Positions 21,685-34,578 of a DNA stretch of 64,000 bases are shown piece after piece (positions within the stretch are counted from its first letter, which is position 1; every line of letters starts with the position of its first letter). The stretch is from contig CAYQNO010000002.1 of NCBI GenBank assembly GCA_964419045.1, positions 6 through 64,005 of the forward strand, written 5' to 3'. The DNA comes from an uncultured Flavobacteriales bacterium (GTDB taxonomy: Bacteria > Pseudomonadota > Alphaproteobacteria > UBA8366 > CAVOAK01). Made by a program: the position numbers and the translations under genes. The notes beneath the pieces are model-generated. The model saw only the letters and a list, made by a program, of their open reading frames with translations, had not been told where the DNA came from and searched no databases.

Positions 21685-23208
21685 ATGCAATTTGAAAAAT
21701 GGAGCAGTTCTGAGATGTGTTTGAACAAGGTTGGGATAGGCCATATCGGCAATAACTCTCGAAGGGCAATGTGTATATGGCTGGTCTCACTATTGATTGT
21801 AGCTGTTATCTGGCTGCCTATTCAGACCAATGCCCGACCAGCACCAGACTCATTTGCAGATGTCATTGAGAAAATTTTACCGGCGGTGGTTGATATTATA
21901 ACTATCCAGAAGGTGGCTGACCGACAACAGGGTGCGCCAGCTTTCGAGTTTCCACCAGGTTCGCCCTTCAAAGATTTTTTCGAGGAATTTAATCGTAGGC
22001 GCCGCGAAGGTGTGCCACGTCACGGTACATCAATGGGGTCTGGCTTCATCATCGATTCGACTGGCTTAGTTGTAACCAACAATCATGTTATAGAAGGTGC
22101 CGAGAGCATTACCGTCCGCATGCAAGATGGAATTCGTTACGACGCCACAATTGTGGGTCGCGATGACAAGACTGACCTCGCACTTTTACGAATAGAGGCA
22201 TCCCCTTCACTCCCAGCTGTAAATTGGGGAAATTCGGAAAAAGTTCGTGTTGGGGATTGGGCTATTGCCATCGGTAATCCGATGGCGCTCGGTGGTTCAG
22301 TAACCGTTGGAATTATTTCAGCTCGTCAGCGTAATATTGATTCCGGGCCCTACGACGATTATTTGCAGACTGATGCTGCTATTAACCGCGGAAATTCTGG
22401 CGGTCCCTTGTTCAATGTGGACGGTGAGGTAATTGGGATTAACACAGCTATTTATTCACAAAGCGGCGGCAGTATGGGGATCGGATTTGCTGTTTCGTCT
22501 TCACTTGCAAAAAAGGTGATTGGACAATTACGGAAGTATGGCGCTACCCGCCGCGGTTGGTTAGGGGTCCAAATTCAGGCTGTGACCGAAGAGATTGCCG
22601 AAAGTCTCGGACTAGAAAAGGCCGAGGGTGCACTCGTAGGTAACGTTATGAAGAATGGTCCAGCCTCCTCCGCTGGTATAAGAACAGGCGATGTTATCCT
22701 TTGGTTCGATGGAAAAAAGGTAAAAAATCAGATTAGATTGCCGCGTATGGTTGCAGAAACCGATGTAGGTAAACGCGTAATAGTGAAGGTTTGGCGTGAT
22801 GGCAGTGAAGTTGGTCTTACAGTCAATCTTGGCGAGCTTGAAAAAGTCGATGAAGCGTCATTGTCGTCGCTACGCGGAGGGGAAAAAGAAATTGTAAAAA
22901 GTGAAGTGATAGATGAGTTGGGGATGTCACTTGCCAGTCTGACTAGGGGTTTGATCAAAAAATTTCAACTGGATGCCAATACGAAAGGTGTAGTCATCAC
23001 TGGGATAGAGGCACAAAGTGATGCTGCTCGAAAGGGCCTGCAGCCAGGCGATATCATCGTAGAGGTCAACCAGGCAAATGTTAATTCGCCAGGCGACGTC
23101 GAAGCTAAGGTTCAGGAAGCGCTTGAGCTCGATAGGCGATCTGTATTATTGCAAGTGAGACGTGGTAATGATTTGAATTTTATTGCGCTCCGAATAAGTT
23201 CGGGTTGA
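21685..23208 (+). CDS. degP: DegP/DegQ (Do) serine endoprotease
   Basis: TNNHV, DLALL and INRGNSGGPL triad motifs; two PDZ domains. Confidence 0.93.
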   Translation: MQFEKWSSSEMCLNKVGIGHIGNNSRRAMCIWLVSLLIVAVIWLPIQTNARPAPDSFADVIEKILPAVVDIITIQKVADRQQGAPAFEFPPGSPFKDFFEEFNRRRREGVPRHGTSMGSGFIIDSTGLVVTNNHVIEGAESITVRMQDGIRYDATIVGRDDKTDLALLRIEASPSLPAVNWGNSEKVRVGDWAIAIGNPMALGGSVTVGIISARQRNIDSGPYDDYLQTDAAINRGNSGGPLFNVDGEVIGINTAIYSQSGGSMGIGFAVSSSLAKKVIGQLRKYGATRRGWLGVQIQAVTEEIAESLGLEKAEGALVGNVMKNGPASSAGIRTGDVILWFDGKKVKNQIRLPRMVAETDVGKRVIVKVWRDGSEVGLTVNLGELEKVDEASLSSLRGGEKEIVKSEVIDELGMSLASLTRGLIKKFQLDANTKGVVITGIEAQSDAARKGLQPGDIIVEVNQANVNSPGDVEAKVQEALELDRRSVLLQVRRGNDLNFIALRISSG

Positions 23209-23278
23209 TTTAACTGTTTTCTGTTAGTTTCGGGTACTGTTTCTACTTGATTGTCCTTATACCCTTGCGTTCCATAAC

Positions 23279-24511
23279 GTGAGCGTGAGTAATCGATTGA
23301 CTAATACATCACCAAATTTAATGACTCGTATCAGAAACCAAAAGACAATTCTGTTAACGAGTCTTGGTCACGGTGGAACACACTGGTCTGCCGCAACTTT
23401 TTATTTGCTAGTTCCATTCATTGCCAAGGACTTGAACCTTACATACAGTGAGGCTGGGCTATTCCTCGCCCTGTTCCACTGGGGCGCGTTGATTTCCAAT
23501 TTCTCTAGCGGCCTCCTCACGGACTTAACTGGACGACGAATTCTTTTCCAGTTTATCTCCCTTGCTGTTGGCGCTGTCGCCCTTATGATGTTCGGTTTTA
23601 CCAAGCAATACATTGTTCTTTGTGCGATGGTATTGCTTATAGGTGCAACCAACAACTTTTGGCATCCGCCAGCGATTGCGCACCTGTCATCCCACTATCC
23701 ACGGAACCGGGGATATGCACTTGCAATCCATGGTCTTGGGGCCAATTTGGGAGATGCGCTAGCACCACTTACTGCGGGTATCCTTTTGGTGTCGTTTTCC
23801 TGGCAGGGGGCGGCGATCACCAATTCGATTCCGATTTTCGTTATTGCTGCAATTTTGCTTTTCTATTTATTGCCGAATGATGAACAGCACGCAGCTGGTA
23901 GACAGCGTGGCATGAAATTTCATGAATACGCAGCTGGGATTTTTACCGTAATAAAGGAACGTGCCGTCTTAGGATTGTGCCTAATGACTGGATTGCGGGC
24001 GATGGCACAGACTGGCTTGCTGGCTTTCCTGCCACTTTATCTGGCAAACGTCATGAAGATGGGGCCTTTCTGGATGGGTGTCACCCTGATGGGAATGCAG
24101 GTGGGTGGCATGATTGCAACGCCCATTGCTGGAATTCTCTCAGATCGCATCGGTAGGCGCCCTGTCGTTGTTGCTGGACTCAGCGGCACTACAATTTTGA
24201 TATTTGCCTTGACCTTTGTTACTAGCGACGTTCTTTACATCATTGGAGTATCGGTGTTGGGACTTTCGCTTTACGCAGTGCGACCCGTCGTACAGAGTTG
24301 GATGCTCGACCTAACGCCAGCGAATCTAGGTGGGTCAGCTACTAGTCTCATGTTCGGGATGCAGTCCGGCCTAGCAGTGGTCATGCCTATTATTGGGGGC
24401 GTACTTGCCGATCAATACGGGTTGAAATCGGTTTTTTATTTTATTGCCGGAGCGATGCTTGCCGCAAATCTTGTCGCGATTATGCTGAGTAATGTTTCCC
24501 ATGAGTCCTAA
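23279..24511 (+). CDS. MFS transporter
   Basis: About 12 TM segments; LTDLTGRR and LSDRIGRR MFS motifs. Confidence 0.9.
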   Translation: MSVSNRLTNTSPNLMTRIRNQKTILLTSLGHGGTHWSAATFYLLVPFIAKDLNLTYSEAGLFLALFHWGALISNFSSGLLTDLTGRRILFQFISLAVGAVALMMFGFTKQYIVLCAMVLLIGATNNFWHPPAIAHLSSHYPRNRGYALAIHGLGANLGDALAPLTAGILLVSFSWQGAAITNSIPIFVIAAILLFYLLPNDEQHAAGRQRGMKFHEYAAGIFTVIKERAVLGLCLMTGLRAMAQTGLLAFLPLYLANVMKMGPFWMGVTLMGMQVGGMIATPIAGILSDRIGRRPVVVAGLSGTTILIFALTFVTSDVLYIIGVSVLGLSLYAVRPVVQSWMLDLTPANLGGSATSLMFGMQSGLAVVMPIIGGVLADQYGLKSVFYFIAGAMLAANLVAIMLSNVSHES

Positions 24512-25265
24512 CAGCAAAATTCCTCTATGCTGTATCCTTGCAGATAGAGTAATGAGGTTAAGTCAGCAAAATCTATCCTCGCATCAGCACATTCTGTCAC
24601 GGATGGGATCGATGATTCGTCCAGTGATTCTACCTTGAAATATCTCTAACTGATTGCCCCAGACGTGATCGAAGCCTAATACTTCTGCCACGTGATCGGC
24701 AAAAATAGAAAGACCGCTTGTTGCCAATGCGCAAACTGCACCAGATGCGCGCATTGTTGCCACCAGTTCACGAGCACCATTTGTATATTCAATTTGTTCG
24801 AGTACACTGTCCAGAAGAGTGGTGGGTAATCCTTCTAGCAATTTTATGCGTTGTTGGTAGGCTGCTTGGTAATCTAATTCACCCGCCATCGCACGCTTTG
24901 TGAGTTCGACAATTTGTTCTCGAATCTTGGCATCAGTTTTGGCCGCGACTTCATCAATCGTTTTGAAGGGAATGATAGTCGAATCCATGTCGGCTACAAG
25001 TAGACGTTTGCGTCGTCCATGTCTTGGTACCCAGCAAATATCAACTCGTGCTTCAGGGATGGCGCTACGAGCAGCATTTATCGCTCGTTCTGGGTTGGCG
25101 TGGTAATAAGTGAACTCACAAGCAATTCCGCGCGTTAACCATTTGACCCCGCGGCATTGATACGTCATCAGTAAGTGCCTTGAGGGCCTGCCAGACGACG
25201 TCGGCCATGTTATCGTCAAGTACAGGTGTACGCGGATCGGCTCCGAGCAAAATAACATATTCCAT
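24508..25265 (-). pseudogene. serB: Phosphoserine phosphatase SerB, disrupted
   Basis: Three pieces in different frames: MEYVILLGADPRTPVLD..., then ...RRKRLLVADMDSTII...GRIIDPI, then ADARIDFADLTSLLYLQGYSIEEF. The HAD K and GDGAND motifs are absent. Divergent from miaA. Confidence 0.85.
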
Positions 25266-25309
25266 TATCACATATTGAATGTATCAGCGTTGCTATTCAA
25301 GAAGCAGAT

Positions 25310-26305
25310 TTGATGAAAAAATTGAGAGAACAAACACGAGGTAGATCGAGGGGAGGTGGTTCGTCACAACTCGTGATAGTAGTGGCAGGACCAACTGCGA
25401 GCGGTAAGTCTGCGCTAGCACTGACTGTTGCAAGTGCTTTTAGTGGTACAGTTATTAATGCGGACAGTATTCAGGTTTATAGAGAATTACGAATTCTTAG
25501 CAATCGACCATCGCCCTCAGAAGAAGCAAGTAGTCCCCATCGCCTTTTCGGTGTGTTTGATGCTGTGGAGCGTTGTTCTGCTGCTAACTGGCGGAACTTG
25601 GCCATTACCGAAATTTCTTCTGCGCATGCCCAGGGACGGCTGCCAATTGTAGTAGGTGGTACGGGCTTGTATCTCAAGGCTCTACTGGAGGGGTTATCAA
25701 GGATGCCGGCAATTCCGCATCAGATTAGAGCAAATTTGAAACTGCGTCTTGCTAAGGAAGGCCCTGCGGTACTTCATAATGAATTAAAGTTACGGGATCC
25801 GGCCGCAGCCGAGCGCCTTAACCCGGGAGATAGCCATCGCGTGATGCGGGCACTCGAAATTCATGAGTATACAGGATGCTCCATCACGGAATTTCAGGCA
25901 CGCTCTAAGATAAAACCACCTGCTGGATTAAATTTCAAAATCATTCTACTTCAACCGCCCCGCGAAGGGCTCTACAAACGTTGCGATGACAGATTGGTTC
26001 AAATGTTGGAAAAAGGTGTTGTCGATGAAGTTAAAGAGTTTTTAAGTGAAGGTTATGACCCGGATTTGCCGATCATGAAAGCACTTGGACTGGCCGAGTT
26101 TGGCGCTCATTTAAATGGACAGAAATCATTAGAACAGGCCCTGAAGGAGACACAGCAAGCGACAAGACGCTACGCAAAGCGACAGATGACGTGGTTTCGA
26201 ACTCAGATCATTGCTGATATAGCTCTAATTGAGCAACATTCGGAAAGTTTAAGTAAAAAAACCTTTTCATTTATTCGTCAAAATATGTTGACCAATGCTG
26301 AGTGA
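25310..26305 (+). CDS. miaA: tRNA dimethylallyltransferase
   Basis: GPTASGKS, NADSIQVY, VGGTGLY and TRRYAKRQMTWFR motifs. Confidence 0.97.
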   Translation: MMKKLREQTRGRSRGGGSSQLVIVVAGPTASGKSALALTVASAFSGTVINADSIQVYRELRILSNRPSPSEEASSPHRLFGVFDAVERCSAANWRNLAITEISSAHAQGRLPIVVGGTGLYLKALLEGLSRMPAIPHQIRANLKLRLAKEGPAVLHNELKLRDPAAAERLNPGDSHRVMRALEIHEYTGCSITEFQARSKIKPPAGLNFKIILLQPPREGLYKRCDDRLVQMLEKGVVDEVKEFLSEGYDPDLPIMKALGLAEFGAHLNGQKSLEQALKETQQATRRYAKRQMTWFRTQIIADIALIEQHSESLSKKTFSFIRQNMLTNAE

Positions 26306-26452
26306 GAACCTATTGTTTGACGCCTTGCGGGCAGCGGTTTGCCTGCTTTATTGTTTTAAGCCGTCCTATCAGTGACGTGTGCGGCCCTAGGCAGTTGCCT
26401 ATTGGGTTCCGTATTTTTTTCGGCGTGGCGCAAAAGGCGGGAGGATGATGTA

Positions 26453-28213
26453 TTGAGAAAACGGCAGTTTAGTGGAGCGCAGATTGTTATTAAGGCCCTG
26501 TTGGATCAAGGCGTTGATATTGTGTTCGGATATCCTGGTGGCGCTGTACTCCCTATCTATGATGCGCTGTTCACTCAAAACGAACTTCGCCACATTCTAG
26601 TTAGGCACGAGCAGGGAGCAGCGCATGCTGCTGAAGGGTATGCGCGCTCGACTGGTAAAGTGGGCGTTCTTCTGGTCACCAGCGGCCCTGGTGCTACGAA
26701 TGCGGTGACAGGACTGACGGATGCCTTAATGGATAGCGTCCCAATTGTTTGCCTCACAGGACAAGTTCCCACACATCTAATCGGTAACGATGCTTTTCAG
26801 GAGGCGGACACCGTGGGAATTACGCGACCCTGCACGAAACACAATTACCTAGTTAAGGATGTAAAGAAGCTGGCTGAGACCATCCACGAGGCATTTTATA
26901 TTGCTCGTAGTGGACGTCCCGGCCCGGTAGTTGTTGATCTACCAAAAGACGTGCAGTTGGCAGAGAGCTCGTATATTGCGCCTACCAGCATTCGTCATAA
27001 GACATATAAGCCAAAATTAAAGGGTGATTTGGAAGCGATCGAGCGCGCGGTAGATCTGATAATAAACGCAAAGCGTCCAATCATCTACGGTGGTGGTGGC
27101 ATCATTAATTCTGGAACACGAGCCAATAAATTGTTTGCTGAATTTGTACGTTTGATCGATGCTCCGTGCACACTAACTCTTATGGGACTTGGCGCGTTTC
27201 CTGCTTCAGATAAGCACTTCATTGGTATGTTGGGTATGCATGGAACCTACGAGGCTAATCTGGCGATGCATGACTGTGATGTTATGGTTAATGTTGGTGC
27301 GCGTTTCGATGATCGGGTAACTGGCCGACTAGACGCGTTTTCGCCTGGCTCAACAAAAATACACATAGATATAGACCCTTCATCTATCAACAAGACAGTT
27401 CAAGTCGATGTTCCCATTGTGGGTGATGTAGCGCAAGTACTTGGAGATATGATCAAGCTCCTAAAAAAGTATCCGAAGCGAGTTAATACGAAGGCTAAGA
27501 AAAATTGGTGGAAGCAAATTGCAGAATGGCAGAGGCGTGATTGCTATGCTTATAAGGCGGACAATGATGTTATTAAACCGCAGTATGCGATCCAGCGCTT
27601 ATACGAGCTGACCCGTGATCAAGAAACCTTCATCACTACGGAGGTCGGTCAACACCAGATGTGGGCGGCACAGTTATATCGTTTCGAGAAACCTCACCAT
27701 TGGATGACATCGGGTGGACTTGGCACCATGGGGTATGGGTTGCCGGCCGCTATGGGTGTGCAGGCTGCACATCCACAGGCGTTGGTGATAGATATAGCCG
27801 GTGAAGCTTCCGTGCTCATGAATATTCAAGAAATGTCAACCATCATGCAATATAGACTGCCGGTGAAGATTTTCATCATCAACAACCGTTATATGGGTAT
27901 GGTCCGACAATGGCAGGAGCTCATGCATGGCGGTCGTTATTCAGAGAGTTATATGGAAGCGCTCCCGGATTTTGTTAAGCTTGCTGAAAGTTTTGGGGCT
28001 GCTGGGTTGCGTATTACAGAGACCTCAGAAGTTGATAGTGTTATCAAAGAAATGATCGCGATCGAACGTGCTGTAATTGTGGATGTGGTTGTGGATCCGC
28101 ATGAAAACTGCTTTCCAATGATTCCTTCGGGTGCTGCCCATAACGAAATCCTTCTTGGCCCGGAAGATGAATCTGTATCTTCTGGTAACGAAGACGGAAT
28201 GGTACTTGTTTAA
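26453..28213 (+). CDS. ilvB: Acetolactate synthase large subunit
   Basis: FGYPGGAVL, RHEQGAAHAAEGYAR and TPP motif. Start set to TTG 26453 after GAGGA. Confidence 0.96.
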   Translation: MRKRQFSGAQIVIKALLDQGVDIVFGYPGGAVLPIYDALFTQNELRHILVRHEQGAAHAAEGYARSTGKVGVLLVTSGPGATNAVTGLTDALMDSVPIVCLTGQVPTHLIGNDAFQEADTVGITRPCTKHNYLVKDVKKLAETIHEAFYIARSGRPGPVVVDLPKDVQLAESSYIAPTSIRHKTYKPKLKGDLEAIERAVDLIINAKRPIIYGGGGIINSGTRANKLFAEFVRLIDAPCTLTLMGLGAFPASDKHFIGMLGMHGTYEANLAMHDCDVMVNVGARFDDRVTGRLDAFSPGSTKIHIDIDPSSINKTVQVDVPIVGDVAQVLGDMIKLLKKYPKRVNTKAKKNWWKQIAEWQRRDCYAYKADNDVIKPQYAIQRLYELTRDQETFITTEVGQHQMWAAQLYRFEKPHHWMTSGGLGTMGYGLPAAMGVQAAHPQALVIDIAGEASVLMNIQEMSTIMQYRLPVKIFIINNRYMGMVRQWQELMHGGRYSESYMEALPDFVKLAESFGAAGLRITETSEVDSVIKEMIAIERAVIVDVVVDPHENCFPMIPSGAAHNEILLGPEDESVSSGNEDGMVLV

Positions 28214-28296
28214 ACATTGATAGTTTTCGGTTCATTCGGAGCTACGGAGGCTCGCCGTGTGCATCCTTGTAATAACCTAATTGACGGAGTTGATTG

Positions 28297-28800
28297 ATGG
28301 AGAATATCGAGCGCCATACAATGGCCGTACTTGTGGATAATGAGCCAGGTGTGCTAGCGCGCGTAATTGGGTTGTTTTCTGGTAGAGGCTATAACATTGA
28401 AAGTCTCACAGTCTCATCCGTCTCGGATTCTAAGGATGTGTCGCGCATTACGGTTGTAACCACTGGAACACCGATGATATTGGCACAGATTAAGGCGCAA
28501 CTAGATAGGCTCGTACCAATCCACTCGGTCCATGATTTGACAGCTGAGGGGCCACTAATCGAGCGTGAAATTGCCCTTATCAAGGTTGTGGCGCGCGGAC
28601 CTAAGCGCCAGGAATCTCTCCGGATTGCCGATATATTTAGAGCGAACGTATCTGATACGACGGTAAATTCTTTTGTGTTTGCTATCGATGGTTCTTCGGA
28701 AAAAGTTGATGCATTTGTTCAACTTATGCGAGCCCTAGGCAAGGTGGAAGTGGCACGCAGCGGAGTTGTTGCCATTGCTCGTGGCGTACATGCGCTGTAA
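28297..28800 (+). CDS. ilvN: Acetolactate synthase small subunit
   Basis: VDNEPGVLARVIGLFSGRGYNIESL ACT domain. Confidence 0.97.
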   Translation: MENIERHTMAVLVDNEPGVLARVIGLFSGRGYNIESLTVSSVSDSKDVSRITVVTTGTPMILAQIKAQLDRLVPIHSVHDLTAEGPLIEREIALIKVVARGPKRQESLRIADIFRANVSDTTVNSFVFAIDGSSEKVDAFVQLMRALGKVEVARSGVVAIARGVHAL

Positions 28801-28824
28801 AACGCGGCGAATAATGGCGCATGA

Positions 28825-29883
<1,059 letters not shown>

Positions 29884-30397
29884 TACGGCTTGCTGCGGAG
29901 ATTAGAGGGCTATTCACGCGAAACTAGTTAATATCAAACCAAATGCATTAAAATATTGAAAGGAATTTTGCTGCTGCATTATTTGGTTTGGGGTCCCTTA
30001 GTTAAACAAAATAAGTTGCGGATTACTCGTAAAGCGGCGTATTTATAAGGTATTATAAGAACTCGACTAGATAATAATGATTTGTTTAATGTTTTTTATT
30101 TTCACAATATCATTCGATTTTGGTTGTGGAATGGGGATATGGATTCGGTGAAGTTAAGGTTAAATGCGGAATATGAGACAGGTTGAACCGCACCATTGTG
30201 ACTGGTACGCAGATGACGCGTTTTGTGTTGCTGTACTGGCAAACGAGGTGATGCCCAACTCGTACAAGGTTGATCTGCCTTCCGGGGTACTCTTGGAGCG
30301 ACTAAGTCGCATCTGAAAGCCTTTGCCAAATCGGCCATGCGCGTTCAGGTGATGTAACTAAGTGCAAGAATGACCCCCTGGTTTAGCAGAGGAAAAT

Positions 30398-31987
30398 TTG
30401 AAAATGAGCGTGGGCAAAAAACAAACCAATAAAGCTACCGTCCAAGATGACGGTAACAAGGTTTTGATCTTTGATACGACACTGCGGGACGGGGAGCAGT
30501 CGCCAGGCTGTTCGATGAATCTTGAGGAAAAATTGCGGCTTGCCAGTGTACTAGAAGAATTGCGAGTTGACGTAATTGAAGCTGGGTTTCCAATCGCATC
30601 CAATGGTGACTTCGAGTCAGTTGAGGCTATTTCAAAGCAGGTAACTGAAGCAAAAGTAGCCGGACTTGCACGAGCAAGTCGCAAGGACATTGATCGCGCA
30701 TGGGAAGCGTTGCAGCATGCAAAGCAACCGCGCATACACACCTTTCTTGCTACAAGTGCGTTGCACATGAAATATAAGTTACAAATGGATCCTCAGGCGG
30801 TGCACGAGGCACTCGTGGACGCCGTTAGTCATGCCCGTGACCTTTGTGATGATGTGGAATGGAGTCCAGAGGATGCAACACGTACAGATCATGACTTTCT
30901 TTGTCGATGTATTGAGTCGGCAATAAGGGCTGGAGCTTCGACAATAAATATTCCTGATACGGTTGGGTATACGGTGCCGGAGGAATTTTCGGCCCTAATT
31001 ACCATGCTCAAAGAGCGTGTGCCGAACATTGGAAAGGCTGTGATTTCAGTACATTGCCACAACGACCTCGGTCTTGCAGTTGCAAATTCCTTGGCAGCGG
31101 TAGGTAGTGGCGCCCGCCAGGTAGAATGCACTGTCAATGGAATAGGTGAGAGAGCGGGAAATACATCGTTGGAAGAAGTCGTCATGGCCCTTCGAGTGCG
31201 GAGGGATGTAATGCCTTATTTCACTAATGTTCAGACGACAAATATTACAAGAGCAAGCCATTTGCTATCTACAATTACAGGATTTTCGGTGCAACCGAAC
31301 AAAGCGATTGTTGGTGCTAACGCTTTTGCCCACGAGGCGGGCATCCATCAAGACGGTGTGCTTAAGAACGCCGAAACCTATGAAATTATGACACCGGAGT
31401 CAGTAGGGCTCAAAACATCGAACCTGGTGATGGGTAAACATTCAGGTCGTCACGCTTTTAGGGCAAAGTTGGTAGAACTTGGCTATGAAATTGGTGAAAA
31501 TGCCCTGGAAGACGCGTTCGTACGGTTTAAGGATTTGGCCGATAAGAAAAAGGATGTTTTCGACGAAGATATTATAGCGCTTGTGGATGATGAAGTTATG
31601 AGGGCCAATGATCGAATTCAATTTGTGTCTCTCCAGGTTGTTGCTGGTTCAAAGGGACCACAGTCGGCCGATCTGGAATTAAGGATTGATGGTGAGCTAA
31701 TGGCGAATAAAGCAACCGGTGATGGCCCTGTAGATGCAACGTTTAACGCTATCAGAACGTTATGTCCTCATGACGCTACACTTCAGCTCTACCAGGTTCA
31801 TGCGGTGACAGGTGGGACGGATGCACAGGCAGAAGTAACTGTCCGCCTTGAGGAGAATGGAAAAACTGTAAATGGTCAGGGTGCAGATACTGACACACTT
31901 GTGGCGTCGGCTCGATCATATATTCATGCGCTGAATAAACTTTTTGTAAAACGTGAGAAAACGGCGCCATCGGCGCTTTCGGCGTGA
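30398..31987 (+). CDS. leuA: 2-isopropylmalate synthase
   Basis: DTTLRDGEQ, HCHNDLG and GIGERAGN motifs; C-terminal regulatory domain. Confidence 0.97.
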   Translation: MKMSVGKKQTNKATVQDDGNKVLIFDTTLRDGEQSPGCSMNLEEKLRLASVLEELRVDVIEAGFPIASNGDFESVEAISKQVTEAKVAGLARASRKDIDRAWEALQHAKQPRIHTFLATSALHMKYKLQMDPQAVHEALVDAVSHARDLCDDVEWSPEDATRTDHDFLCRCIESAIRAGASTINIPDTVGYTVPEEFSALITMLKERVPNIGKAVISVHCHNDLGLAVANSLAAVGSGARQVECTVNGIGERAGNTSLEEVVMALRVRRDVMPYFTNVQTTNITRASHLLSTITGFSVQPNKAIVGANAFAHEAGIHQDGVLKNAETYEIMTPESVGLKTSNLVMGKHSGRHAFRAKLVELGYEIGENALEDAFVRFKDLADKKKDVFDEDIIALVDDEVMRANDRIQFVSLQVVAGSKGPQSADLELRIDGELMANKATGDGPVDATFNAIRTLCPHDATLQLYQVHAVTGGTDAQAEVTVRLEENGKTVNGQGADTDTLVASARSYIHALNKLFVKREKTAPSALSA

Positions 31988-32012
31988 GTATTGCGCAACA
32001 TTATGGTGATAG

Positions 32013-33098
<1,086 letters not shown>

Positions 33099-33162
33099 TA
33101 CATAAATTTGCGTGACGTGATTGAGGGGAGGATCTAGCGCGCGCGGAGGTTTGGAGGTGTTC

Positions 33163-34056
33163 GTGATAAACTACCCGGGACGGGTTCAAAGACTTACTTC
33201 ATCAGTAAGAAGTCTTGCTCCGAGGCTTATATTCTTATTCTGGCTATCGTCTGCGGTTGTAATCATGCTTTTCGGTAAGGCTGATCCGACAGTATTCGAA
33301 CGTACCAGAGTGGTAGTTGTTGACGTTACGGCACCAATGTTGGATGCGCTATCGCGACCAGCGACTACTGTTGCTGAAATCGTTCGAGAAATCCGACAAC
33401 TCAGTGTTCTGCGTGATGAAAATATTATTTTGAGGCAGGAGAATGCTCGCCTTCAGGTTTGGCAAAATTTGGCCCAGAAGTTTGAGGCTGAAAATGTTCA
33501 TCTGCGCGACCTCTTAAGGTATATTCCGGACCCTCCGGCAAGATACGTGACAGCTCGCGTTATTGCAGATACCGGCGGTGTTTTTGTTCGAAGTTTGCTT
33601 GTCAATGCAGGAAGTCGTAATGGGGTAGCTAAGGGGCAGGCGGTTATCGTAGGTGCCAGTCTAATAGGTCGAGTAGCAGAGGTAGGTGAGACATCTGCAC
33701 GTATTCTCCTTATCAGTGATCTCAACAGCCGAATTCCGGTACTCGTCGCCGAATCACGATCGCGGGCAATATTGGCAGGAGATAATAGTGTATATCAACA
33801 ACTGCTGTATCTCCCGGATAATGCCCAAATAAATCCGGGTGATGTTATCATATCCTCAGGGCATGGTGGCGTGTTACCAGCTGGTCTTGCAATTGGCACT
33901 ATATCTTCTATCAATAAGGCGGGTGTGCAGGTTAGACCGTTCGTCGACTGGGACCGCATCGAGGATGTTTTACTGGTGGATTACCGGTTTGATGGTGTAG
34001 TTGAAAATTCCCAGCCAAAGGAGTTGACACCCAGCAGTAACATTACCGGACAATAA
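33163..34056 (+). CDS. mreC: Rod shape-determining protein MreC
   Basis: TM segment, coiled coil, ARVIADTGG and D.NSRIPV. GTG start after GGAGG. Confidence 0.94.
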   Translation: MINYPGRVQRLTSSVRSLAPRLIFLFWLSSAVVIMLFGKADPTVFERTRVVVVDVTAPMLDALSRPATTVAEIVREIRQLSVLRDENIILRQENARLQVWQNLAQKFEAENVHLRDLLRYIPDPPARYVTARVIADTGGVFVRSLLVNAGSRNGVAKGQAVIVGASLIGRVAEVGETSARILLISDLNSRIPVLVAESRSRAILAGDNSVYQQLLYLPDNAQINPGDVIISSGHGGVLPAGLAIGTISSINKAGVQVRPFVDWDRIEDVLLVDYRFDGVVENSQPKELTPSSNITGQ

Positions 34057-34061
34057 GTGTA

Positions 34062-34577
34062 ATGAGACATGATATCCTGGAAAATATAGATGTAGTCGGA
34101 CGCAAACTTACGCCAACCCTGATTACAGGCGGATTAGTAATATTTGGAATTCTTCCGCTTCACATACCTGGATACGCGCCAGTGGTACCTGCATTCGCGC
34201 TCATGGCGGTCTACTACTGGACATTACACCGTCCAGACCTATTGTCAGTAACGGCAATTTTTTTGTTAGGCTTTCTATACGACTTATTGACCGGTGGGCC
34301 GATGGGTATGCAAACGCTCATTCTACTTTCAGCGTGTTGGCTTACTCGATTAGGACGTCGTTTCTTCCAAATTAGATCGTTCCACATAGTCTGGTTTGGC
34401 TTTACGGTGATGGCAGCTAGCATGACTATTTTACAGTGGCTATTTATGTCGATTAGCATGGGAGCGCCAATTTCGCCGAAAACCGGAGTATTTGCTTATT
34501 TCCTGACTATTGCACTCTATCCATTGTTTGGTTGGGTATTCTTTCATGTCCAACAAGTACTGCCTCGGACCACTTGA
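34062..34577 (+). CDS. mreD: Rod shape-determining protein MreD
   Basis: Hydrophobic, YYW.LHRP and G.LYDLL.G motifs; operon position. Confidence 0.93.
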   Translation: MRHDILENIDVVGRKLTPTLITGGLVIFGILPLHIPGYAPVVPAFALMAVYYWTLHRPDLLSVTAIFLLGFLYDLLTGGPMGMQTLILLSACWLTRLGRRFFQIRSFHIVWFGFTVMAASMTILQWLFMSISMGAPISPKTGVFAYFLTIALYPLFGWVFFHVQQVLPRTT

Positions 34578-34578
34578 A

